A stretch of 64,000 bases of DNA, taken from Chthonomonadales bacterium (GTDB lineage Bacteria > Armatimonadota > Chthonomonadetes > Chthonomonadales > CAJBBX01). The stretch lies in assembly GCA_027459625.1 (NCBI GenBank), contig DAIDHP010000007.1, positions 38,220-102,219 on the forward strand. Reading direction: 5' to 3'. The position numbers and the translations under genes were made by a program. A model generated the notes under the pieces. The model was not told the DNA's origin, did no database searches, and worked only from the letters and a program-made list of their open reading frames with translations. Shown here in pieces: positions 1-8,878 of the stretch (within the stretch, counting starts at the first letter, position 1; every line of letters starts with the position of its first letter).

Positions 1-301
1 AGGCGACGAGGGGAAGAGCGGAACGAGTGTCATCCACCGTGATATGCGGGATATCATGAGAAATATCGGCGGCGGAGCGATCCGATTGGATCAGAAGCGC
101 AGTCGCGCCATTCCGAACCGCTTCCGCAACGAAACGGTGCCCATCGAAGGATGAGCCCACCAGACATACGAACATATCTCCGCTGCGTACGTCTCTTGAG
201 TCGTGAGCCACGCCGGATACGGATACGGAGGCTCCGCTGATCGAGCGCACTTCGGGAAGATTGCGGACAATATCTTGTAAGGTTATCGCATCCGATTTCA
301 T
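1..301 (-). CDS. murE: UDP-N-acetylmuramoyl-tripeptide synthetase MurE, N-terminal ~100 codons (gene runs off the window start)
   Basis: My reverse translation from ATG at 301 gives MKSDAITLQDIVRNLPEVRSISGASVSVSGVAHDSRDVRSGDMFVCLVGSSFDGHRFVAEAVRNGATALLIQ... with no stop to position 1. This fits the MurE N-terminal pattern (hDSR..pGd.FvcL.G...DGH.F). It follows ftsI as in dcw clusters. The track ORF 54..347 is an off-frame artefact. Confidence 0.8.
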   Translation of the reverse strand, partial: MKSDAITLQDIVRNLPEVRSISGASVSVSGVAHDSRDVRSGDMFVCLVGSSFDGHRFVAEAVRNGATALLIQSDRSAADISHDIPHITVDDTRSALPLVA

Positions 302-384
302 CAATACTACCACTTAAATTATGACATGAAAGAGAGAGATTATGCACGAACCGCGCTCACTTGAAACGATGAAGATTGTGAATT

Positions 385-2217
385 CTACTCATTCGTTGCA
401 ACAACTTTAGTGTTTTGCAACGATTCCGGATCGTCCGGTGGCACTTTCCAGTACCACATCAATCGCTGTGCAATCGCTTTAAACACAGGCGCCGCCACCT
501 CCGCGCCATAGTAACCATCCTTCGGCTCACTCACCACGACGTATATAAGAGCCCGGGGATTATGAGCCGGAAGGAAACCGATAAAGCTCGCATTGTATTT
601 CCCCGGTGCGTAGCCACGTATGCCGGGGATAACCATTTGCGCCGTGCCTGTTTTGCCTGCGACTGTGTATCCCGGCACATTCGCCACACCCTTGCCTGTT
701 CCGTTTTGCACCACGTTAATTAGGTCATCCGTTAACTCTTCGCTTATGGCCGGAGAGATCACTTGACGAATCTCCCGAGGCGGGAAATTCTGAACAATGT
801 CGCCATGGCTGTTCTGATAGTCCATTATAAGGCGCGGGCGCATCAAAACGCCATGGTTTGCGATGGCGCAATATGCCGCAGCCAAGCGAATTGGGGTGAC
901 CATCACCGATTGTCCGAAGGAGACTCTTGCGAGTTTCGCTTTGGTCTCCTTTCGGTCCCATTTCGAAAAGCCCAGGGTTCCTTGCTCCTCCCCTGGCAAT
1001 CCTATGTCGGATTTATCCAGCAGTCCGTAAGCCTCTATGTATTTGATCAGCTTTGGAAAACCCAGTCGAACGCCGACTTGAGCCATGCCAACGTTGCTGG
1101 ACACAGTGATGATCTGCTTGATATTCAACACTCTAGGGCCATGAACCTTTGAGGGATCATCGATAACGTCATGGATGACATGCCCTCCGATCTTAATTTC
1201 CCCTCCGCAGTAAAAAGTGGTATCCGGAGTGACAGCGTGTTCCGACAGCGCGGCGGATGCCGTGATCAATTTAAAAGTGGACCCGGGTTCGATCCTCATG
1301 AGGGCTCGGTTTCGTGTTGAACTGTAAGGCGGTTTTAGCGTTTTACGGTTCATTGGATCGAAATTAGGCAGGCTCACGTTCGCGAGGATATCCCCTGTTT
1401 TGGGGTCCATTACGATTGCCGTTGCCCCAGCGGGCTTGTGCTTTTTAAAACAGGTGAGAAGTTCGGTTTCCGCGATGTTTTGAATGTTCGAATCGATTGT
1501 CAGGCGGATATTCAGCCCGTTGACAGGATCGATCTTATGCTCCTGAGTTCCGGGGATGATATGCCGACCTGCGTCCAGTTGTGCGTATTCACTTCCATCC
1601 TTGCCGCCTAAAATGCTGTTACGGGAGAGTTCCAACCCCATGCATCCGATGAAATCCCCCTTGTCGTTTTCGTTCGTGATGCCGATCAGTTGGCATGCGT
1701 CTCGTCCCAGCGGATAGATGCGTTTGGCGTTGTCAACGAGATACAGACCGTCCATTTGAGGGCGGGTTTTCGATGATTGTTTCGCCGAGTTCCATTGGGA
1801 GATCATGTCGGGCATGAGGCTAGGGTCCAGCAGAACGTTTCGCTTCACGCTTCCTGTCGGAATCTCCTGGCCGGCCAGAAGCGGGTAGAGTTTCTCCGCC
1901 GGGATATTAAGAATGCTCGAAACCACGGAAGCGGTTTTGGAGGGATATTTAATGCGCGTGGGATCACAGACCATGGCGTATTGTTGAATTATCTCCGCCG
2001 CAGGTCGATTGAACCTATCCAGAATTGCCCCGCGTTGAGCGGGCAAAGGGATGCCCCTTCCTCTCATGTCAATCGCCTGGGTGCGCCAATACCTCCCTTT
2101 GATCGCCTGAAGATATATCAGACGAGCGATCAAAATTAAGTAGCCCAAGCCAAATAAAAGGATCATGAACCCCAGGCGCTTGTTGATGATATTGCGATCC
2201 GAAGCTCTTACCGCCAT
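385..2217 (-). CDS. ftsI: class B penicillin-binding protein / peptidoglycan D,D-transpeptidase FtsI
   Basis: 610 aa with an N-terminal membrane anchor (FMILLFGLGYLILIARLIYL). Transpeptidase motifs STFK (SxxK), SSN (SxN) and KTGT (KTG) are present. It lies between the ftsL-like gene and murE. Confidence 0.9.
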   Translation of the reverse strand: MAVRASDRNIINKRLGFMILLFGLGYLILIARLIYLQAIKGRYWRTQAIDMRGRGIPLPAQRGAILDRFNRPAAEIIQQYAMVCDPTRIKYPSKTASVVSSILNIPAEKLYPLLAGQEIPTGSVKRNVLLDPSLMPDMISQWNSAKQSSKTRPQMDGLYLVDNAKRIYPLGRDACQLIGITNENDKGDFIGCMGLELSRNSILGGKDGSEYAQLDAGRHIIPGTQEHKIDPVNGLNIRLTIDSNIQNIAETELLTCFKKHKPAGATAIVMDPKTGDILANVSLPNFDPMNRKTLKPPYSSTRNRALMRIEPGSTFKLITASAALSEHAVTPDTTFYCGGEIKIGGHVIHDVIDDPSKVHGPRVLNIKQIITVSSNVGMAQVGVRLGFPKLIKYIEAYGLLDKSDIGLPGEEQGTLGFSKWDRKETKAKLARVSFGQSVMVTPIRLAAAYCAIANHGVLMRPRLIMDYQNSHGDIVQNFPPREIRQVISPAISEELTDDLINVVQNGTGKGVANVPGYTVAGKTGTAQMVIPGIRGYAPGKYNASFIGFLPAHNPRALIYVVVSEPKDGYYGAEVAAPVFKAIAQRLMWYWKVPPDDPESLQNTKVVATNE

Positions 2218-2228
2218 TGGAATCTCCG

Positions 2229-2603
2229 TCAGTTCGATTGCGCAGTCACATTGATTTCACTTTTGAAATCCAGCGTCATTCCATGCTTGACCGCCCATGC
2301 TTGAATCATTTCTTGCTTGTTCTGATTGATAATGGCTGACCTAAGCGTTTCCTTCTGGATATGCAGTAAGTTGTATTGTTCTTTTAGATGATCCCGAGTG
2401 TGGGTTATGCTCTGCAAATAGGCGCATTCAATGACATACAGGCAAACCACGACGAAGATGAAAACGGCGACCACCATGGTGGGATTGATTAACGAGTCAG
2501 GACGGACGCCATGCACAAGTTCCGTCGAGGTTGGACGGGTGTGTTTGCCGCGCTCGATTCCATGGTCGATTGCGGGCAGTATTTTTCTTTGAGTAAGCGC
2601 CAT
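2229..2603 (-). CDS. FtsL-like cell division membrane protein
   Basis: 124 aa directly between rsmH and ftsI. It has a single TM helix (MVVAVFIFVVVCLYVIECAYL) followed by a coiled-coil-like segment. The call rests on size, topology and synteny only. Confidence 0.55.
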   Translation of the reverse strand: MALTQRKILPAIDHGIERGKHTRPTSTELVHGVRPDSLINPTMVVAVFIFVVVCLYVIECAYLQSITHTRDHLKEQYNLLHIQKETLRSAIINQNKQEMIQAWAVKHGMTLDFKSEINVTAQSN

Positions 2604-2720
2604 GATGACACCTTGGCTTTCTGTTATGCGTTCATAGGCAATGAACTATTGCACCGATCAACGAAAGCGTCCTCAGGGGTTTTCGCAGCTCCATACGATG
2701 CTTTCATCCGCTTCGCGCGG

Positions 2721-3671
2721 TTATTCAGCCGATAATGTTATTTTCTCCGCGCATCTCATTTTCGCGCTTCTGGCGCGGAGGTTGCGGTCTATTTCCCGTT
2801 CATCCGGCGTGACGGGTTTTTTCGTAATGATGCGGAGCAGATTCCTTGTTCCGCAAGCGCATATCAATGTCCCCGGGGGGCAGACGCATCTGCCTGAATC
2901 CCTTAGGAAACTGCGCTTTACCGCCCGGTCCTCCAGGGAATGGTAGGAGATGATCACGATCCTCCCGCCCGGTTCCAATAAATCAGGGCATTCATTCAGA
3001 AATTGGCTCAACGCTCCAATTTCATCGTTTAAGAAGACTCTTATGGCTTGAAAAGTGAGAGTCGCAGGATGAATCTCTCTTCTTTGCGCCTTAAAAGGAA
3101 TCGCCCGCTTCACTATCTCAGCCAATTGCGAGGTTGTAAGGATCGGCTCTTTTTGGCGTTCCTCCACAATCCTCCTGGCGATTCTCGCGCCCCAGCGCTC
3201 CTCGCCACACGCATAAAGGATGTCTCTAATTTCACTTTCGCTCAAACGCGCCAGTAGAGCGGTCGCTGTCTCGCCCGTTTCCGGGTTCATTCTCATGTCA
3301 AGGGGAGCGTCCAGTCTGAAGGAGAATCCTCTCCCGGCTGAATCCAGCATTCGGGATGAGACACCTAGATCAAGCAAGACTCCTCCGACGCGCTCGATGC
3401 CTATGCTTTTCAAAAGATTACGAATGTCACGAAAGTTGCCTCGGAGCAACCTTACATCCACCGATGCGTCCCGCAGTTTTTTCGCGGATTCCTCGATCGC
3501 CTCCGGGTCTTGATCAATCCCTACGAGGGTACCGCCCGGTGCGAGAAGTTCCGCAATCCGTATCGCATGCCCCGCGCCTCCCAATGTTCCGTCAACCACG
3601 ATTTTTCCGGGCGATGGCTGCAGGAAATCGATCGCTCGTTCCGCGAGGACGGGCTCATGATACAGTGGCAT
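2721..3671 (-). CDS. rsmH: 16S rRNA (cytosine1402-N4)-methyltransferase RsmH
   Basis: RsmH hallmarks are present: HEPVL near the N-terminus, DGTLGGAGHA and ISYHSLEDR. The track ORF starts at 3800, but its first 43 codons overlap mraZ. I place the start at ATG 3671 (MPLYHEPVL), which gives a 17-nt overlap with mraZ. Confidence 0.9.
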   Translation of the reverse strand: MPLYHEPVLAERAIDFLQPSPGKIVVDGTLGGAGHAIRIAELLAPGGTLVGIDQDPEAIEESAKKLRDASVDVRLLRGNFRDIRNLLKSIGIERVGGVLLDLGVSSRMLDSAGRGFSFRLDAPLDMRMNPETGETATALLARLSESEIRDILYACGEERWGARIARRIVEERQKEPILTTSQLAEIVKRAIPFKAQRREIHPATLTFQAIRVFLNDEIGALSQFLNECPDLLEPGGRIVIISYHSLEDRAVKRSFLRDSGRCVCPPGTLICACGTRNLLRIITKKPVTPDEREIDRNLRARSAKMRCAEKITLSAE

Positions 3672-4146
3672 CTTTTTGGATTTTCGACGGCATTTCAAGA
3701 GTCTCCAATGCGTCGTACATGTTCGCTCCGGTGAAGGCGGTGGTGGCTTGATCCCATTCCTTCTTGCCCCAAAGCTCAATTTTCGATCCTTGCCCGACAA
3801 AAACCGCCGTTTGACTATTGGAAATACCCGCCCAATCCCTAAGCGCCTTGGGGACGGCGATACGCGCCTGCGGATCCGTTCTGACGATTGTGCGTGAACC
3901 CAACATTCTTAGCAGAAACCCAGAATTGCGCTCCATGACATAGTTTCGCAACGCCTTTTCGATGTAATCCCAGACCGGCTTGGAGAAGAGATATATGCAA
4001 TGATCCGGTCCGCGAGTTGCGACGATATCCTCCCCCAATGGGGCGCGAAAATCCTGTGGAACGATGACACGGCCTTTGTCATCCACGCCGTGCTCATATT
4101 CCCCCCAGCAATACTGAATATTGAATTCTTCGGGTAATTTGATCAT
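3655..4146 (-). CDS. mraZ: division/cell wall cluster transcriptional regulator MraZ
   Basis: 163 aa with two MraZ-type segments (VDDKGRVIVPQDFR and DPQARIAVPKALRDW). It is the first gene of the mraZ-rsmH-ftsL-ftsI-murE array. Confidence 0.85.
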   Translation of the reverse strand: MIKLPEEFNIQYCWGEYEHGVDDKGRVIVPQDFRAPLGEDIVATRGPDHCIYLFSKPVWDYIEKALRNYVMERNSGFLLRMLGSRTIVRTDPQARIAVPKALRDWAGISNSQTAVFVGQGSKIELWGKKEWDQATTAFTGANMYDALETLEMPSKIQKDATVS

Positions 4147-4175
4147 AATTGGGATTTAGTTGCTACTAACTTACC

Positions 4176-4204
4176 ATTATAATACCACCAAATAGACAAT
4201 TTAA
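4176..4204 (-). promoter_or_regulatory. candidate sigma70-type promoter of mraZ operon
   Basis: Read on the minus strand: TTAAAT (4204..4199), 17-nt spacer, TATAAT (4181..4176). It lies about 30 nt upstream of the mraZ ATG. Pattern match only. Confidence 0.3.
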
Positions 4205-4335
4205 AGCGAATATATCATGTATTTCGATTAAATTTGTGATGTAGTCTCCACTTGATATTTTCCCTATTCCTGTATTTTCAGCTTTCGCTCTCCGATCCGA
4301 GATCGGTAATGTTGTGGCGCCGTCGTGTTTCGGAA

Positions 4336-5442
4336 CTACGCTCCGATAGCCGGATGATGCAAGGAGCCGAGTCTTTTTAACGTTTTCATAGGAGTCGCCT
4401 TTCTCCCTTTCGGAAGACCCATTCGTTTCGTTGCGGGGCCGACGCCATCCTCTAAGTGCAGAGTCAATGTGACCCCACTCTCCGAAAAAGGGTACGCCAC
4501 GGGAGCGTATTGTTTGGGAGATGCGCTTCCTTCCATGGCGATCGCCACTCCTTGAACTTTGTCCCCGAAATTTCGTTCCATACGCCACCCCAGCGCCAGG
4601 CGATGCGGGTCAAGATGCCAGCGGATGCTGGCCACGCGATAGGCGTCCTTCACATCGGAAACGGATATTTCCGGCCCTGTGATGACGCGGAGGTAATAGC
4701 GAGCGGAAGTATCCGAACGGAGCGCCATGATGGATCGGTTCAAAGCCTCGTCCATCGCCAGCGGTATACCCGCGACCCCTTCATGGATGTCGCTTCCGCG
4801 CAGATACGACATTCCTCCTTTGAGGATGGGCGCGGCGGCGCCAGAATATCCTATTCGCAGATCGTCCCGGGAACACATCGAATCCGCGATAAACCGCGTC
4901 TCCTCCGCCAGTTTGTTGCCAAGACGCTTCATAGCCTCCTCCATCGTGATATGCTTTCCCGAGGCGGCAAGGATGTTTTCGCTTTCGATTACAAAGGAGG
5001 AGTCGCAATTTTGGCGAATCTCTTCCAAAAGGAGGGACGCCCTTTTGCACAAATATGCGCCTTCAAAATGAAAAGGAGTTGCAACGATGGTAATGGATGG
5101 TATCATGGCGTTATGAAAAGCTGTCACCCATTGGAGAAGGCGCTCCCCGGTTTCACCGCCGCCAAGTGAGCCGATGAATATTGCGCATGAGATTCCGTTG
5201 CCGAGCATCTCGGCGATTGCGACGAGCGGGGTAGCCGCGTCATCGACCTCGCGCCCCTGCACCCGGTGAAAGCCTTGGGAAGCGCTAATCGCCGACTTTT
5301 TCGCTATTGCGCCGATTCCAAAAACCACAACCTGCTTTTCGCTTTTCAATCGTATTTCTTCCCGAATCATGTTTATTATGGAGAGGGGAGGATGAAGAGG
5401 ATTTCGGATTAATGAACGTTGTCCCCACTTAGTCACCACCAT
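4336..5442 (-). CDS. divergent FtsZ/tubulin-fold protein with degenerate GTP-binding motifs
   Basis: By-eye alignment to FtsZ: VVVFGIGAIAKKSA ~ VIGVGGGGGNAV; IFIGSLGGGETGERL ~ FIAAGMGGGTGTGAAP; IVATPFHFEG ~ VVTKPFNFEG; VIESENIL ~ ITIPNDKLL. C-terminal domain similarity is also visible. The start could alternatively be ATG 5370 (MIREEIRL). Confidence 0.6.
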   Translation of the reverse strand: MVVTKWGQRSLIRNPLHPPLSIINMIREEIRLKSEKQVVVFGIGAIAKKSAISASQGFHRVQGREVDDAATPLVAIAEMLGNGISCAIFIGSLGGGETGERLLQWVTAFHNAMIPSITIVATPFHFEGAYLCKRASLLLEEIRQNCDSSFVIESENILAASGKHITMEEAMKRLGNKLAEETRFIADSMCSRDDLRIGYSGAAAPILKGGMSYLRGSDIHEGVAGIPLAMDEALNRSIMALRSDTSARYYLRVITGPEISVSDVKDAYRVASIRWHLDPHRLALGWRMERNFGDKVQGVAIAMEGSASPKQYAPVAYPFSESGVTLTLHLEDGVGPATKRMGLPKGRKATPMKTLKRLGSLHHPAIGA

Positions 5443-5463
5443 CTCACCACAGAATTACCATGT

Positions 5464-5492
5464 ATTGTATCAACTCGGTTGAGATATGTCAA
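5464..5492 (-). promoter_or_regulatory. candidate sigma70-type promoter of the FtsZ-like gene
   Basis: Minus strand: TTGACA (5492..5487), exactly 17 nt, TACAAT (5469..5464). It lies about 20 nt upstream of ATG 5442. Confidence 0.4.
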
Positions 5493-5735
5493 CTGCGAAA
5501 AGGTGAATTTGCGATTTTTTTTCATGAATTTTTAACAATCGGGGCTTTGGAACAAAGGTGATGGGAGGTTATCCCGTTTGATGTACTTCTCAAAGGAGTT
5601 CATCCACGCCGAACGGGCAGACGGCGGGTAAGGGGGATGGCAAAAAGAGAATGAGGAATCAACTTTTTGTGGTAGCGACAAATAGACGGTGAATGCCAAC
5701 ATGTCGTGATCGGCCCGAAATTGAACTGGAACGGG

Positions 5736-5762
5736 AAAAGGGCGCCTATGCGGCGCCCTTTT
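5736..5762 (-). terminator. rho-independent terminator downstream of pyrG
   Basis: 11-bp stem AAAAGGGCGCC/GGCGCCCTTTT with a 5-nt loop. On the minus strand the stem is followed by TTTTCCCGTT, about 60 nt after the pyrG stop. A/T runs on both sides make it possibly bidirectional. Confidence 0.6.
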
Positions 5763-5821
5763 GTATGGAGGCTCAACGGTTTTGCGGATCATCCCGGAAA
5801 CGGATTTGTAATATCAAATTC

Positions 5822-7489
<1,668 letters not shown>

Positions 7490-7575
7490 TCAGCCATATC
7501 GAACTCGTCCCATGAACGATCGTGGGGGGATGACATAGGGATATGAGCGAATGGTGGTTGGATAAAAAAGGATAT

Positions 7576-7660
7576 GATAATTGCAAAATTCGAGACTTCA
7601 GGATTTCACATTGCTTGACGGATGCGATACGATCCTCGTTTTCCGAATTTTGCATCAACC
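7576..7660. mobile_element. MITE copy (85 bp) related by its termini to the IS at 28745-30175
   Basis: Termini GATAATTGCAAAAT ... ATTTTGCATCAACC resemble the IS TIR (GGTAATTGCAAAAT / ATTTTGCAATTACC). The interior aligns with the copies at 13221 and 33749. Confidence 0.55.
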
Positions 7661-7661
7661 C

Positions 7662-7692
7662 AAAAAAACCCCGCTCCCATATCGGGGCGGGG
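7662..7692 (-). terminator. rho-independent terminator downstream of LTXXQ gene
   Basis: Minus strand: CCCCGC-loop-GCGGGG stem followed by TTTTTTTG. It lies about 95 nt after the stop at 7785. Confidence 0.55.
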
Positions 7693-7784
7693 TGGTTCAT
7701 AGCCCTATTCATTATACTCATGGGCTAGTTTTTAATCAAGGTTTGAACCGCAAACTGCGGATTTTGTTAGTCGATTTCCCACGA

Positions 7785-8411
7785 TCACGCCTTGTGTTTT
7801 TTCCATTTCGCAAGGATGGAATCCAATTTCGTTTGCTGCTCAGGCGTGAGTTGTCCTCGTATCTGCGTCATCAACTCCATGCGATTCGTCTTCAATTTAT
7901 CACGCTTTTGCTGCGCGGATAGGAGGGTGTTATTCCGAATCGTCTTGGCGTTTTCGATGGAGTTTTTTATCAATCCAGCAATAGCCGTTCGCTGAGTGGA
8001 TGTTAGGGCCAGTTCCTTGCCTATTCTCCTGAGAATGTTAACACCCATTTTCATTTTGACGCCGGCCCACACCCTTTTCAATTTTATTCTCTGATCGGGC
8101 GTAAGGTTCACGAGGATTTGGCTGCGCATAACTTTGCGCACGCCAATAATCTGTTCCTTCTTCTGTTCCGGAGATAACGACGGGCTTTTTCGAATGGCTC
8201 TGATCTGCATCACCGAGGATCGCCATATTTGCATTATCTGGGATTTCTGCAAGGGAGTAAGTTGTAATTCATTCATAATTCTCTGAATTCCGGATTCCAT
8301 GCGATTGGTTGTCCGCGCAACCCTGCCGGTTTTGGCGAATCCGATGCAGCTAATAGCCAACAATCCGATCAGAGTGAATGCTATGTGTACGATTTCTTTT
8401 TTGTATTTCAT
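7785..8411 (-). CDS. periplasmic LTXXQ-motif protein (CpxP/Spy/ZraP-like)
   Basis: 208 aa with a signal peptide (IAFTLIGLLAISCIGFA). It carries repeated LTxxQ-type motifs (LTPLQ, LSPEQ, LTPDQ, LTSTQ, LSAQQ, LTPEQ). A strong SD (AAGGAGG) precedes the ATG. Confidence 0.7.
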   Translation of the reverse strand: MKYKKEIVHIAFTLIGLLAISCIGFAKTGRVARTTNRMESGIQRIMNELQLTPLQKSQIMQIWRSSVMQIRAIRKSPSLSPEQKKEQIIGVRKVMRSQILVNLTPDQRIKLKRVWAGVKMKMGVNILRRIGKELALTSTQRTAIAGLIKNSIENAKTIRNNTLLSAQQKRDKLKTNRMELMTQIRGQLTPEQQTKLDSILAKWKKHKA

Positions 8412-8446
8412 GCCTATGCCTCCTTAGTGTAATGGTGTCTCGACGA

Positions 8447-8528
8447 AGGTGCAATCTTCGGAATAAGGGCTTGGAGAGCCTGCAATGCATGGCGGTATGC
8501 ACGAATACCGACTTTTGCAATCACCTCC
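8447..8528. mobile_element. possible degenerate MITE copy
   Basis: The right end CCGACTTTTGCAATCACCTCC matches the right end of the 33749 copy (CTGAATTTTGCAATTGCCTCC) at about 17/21 positions. The left end AGGTGCAATC looks like AGGTAATTGCAA with a 4-nt deletion. Length is similar (82 bp). Confidence 0.35.
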
Positions 8529-8878
8529 ATGGAGGGAATCTATTCCGGCTTTCACATCAGTGTGAGATGCATGTCACCGAGCGTCATGAAGTGATTTTGC
8601 GATCTCCGCTGATGATAAAAGTATAAGTATAGACGTACCGATGTTTATATGGTTCATTGACGGAATCCGATGGAAATAGGGTTAGAGTGATTTTATAGTT
8701 CGTTCATGCATATGGGAGAAACTCCTGTGAGTCGGATATAATACCCAGAGGACATGACGGTCATGATTTGACGAGAGGATCAAGGACCACAGGCGCTCCT
8801 GATACCGTAACACGCGAGCGATCAAGCATGTCTGCGTGTTATTGCGCCTGCGGAGTTTCGAAATAAAGGAGTGAATCC

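Noticed and set aside
54-347. 97-aa minus-strand ORF from the track at the window start
   Set aside because: It is one frame off from a clean MurE N-terminus that starts at ATG 301 and stays open to position 1. Its peptide is Arg/Ser-rich and non-protein-like.
1281-1300. GGGTTCGATCC string resembling a tRNA T-arm
   Set aside because: It lies inside the ftsI coding sequence. The flanks do not form T-stem or acceptor pairings.
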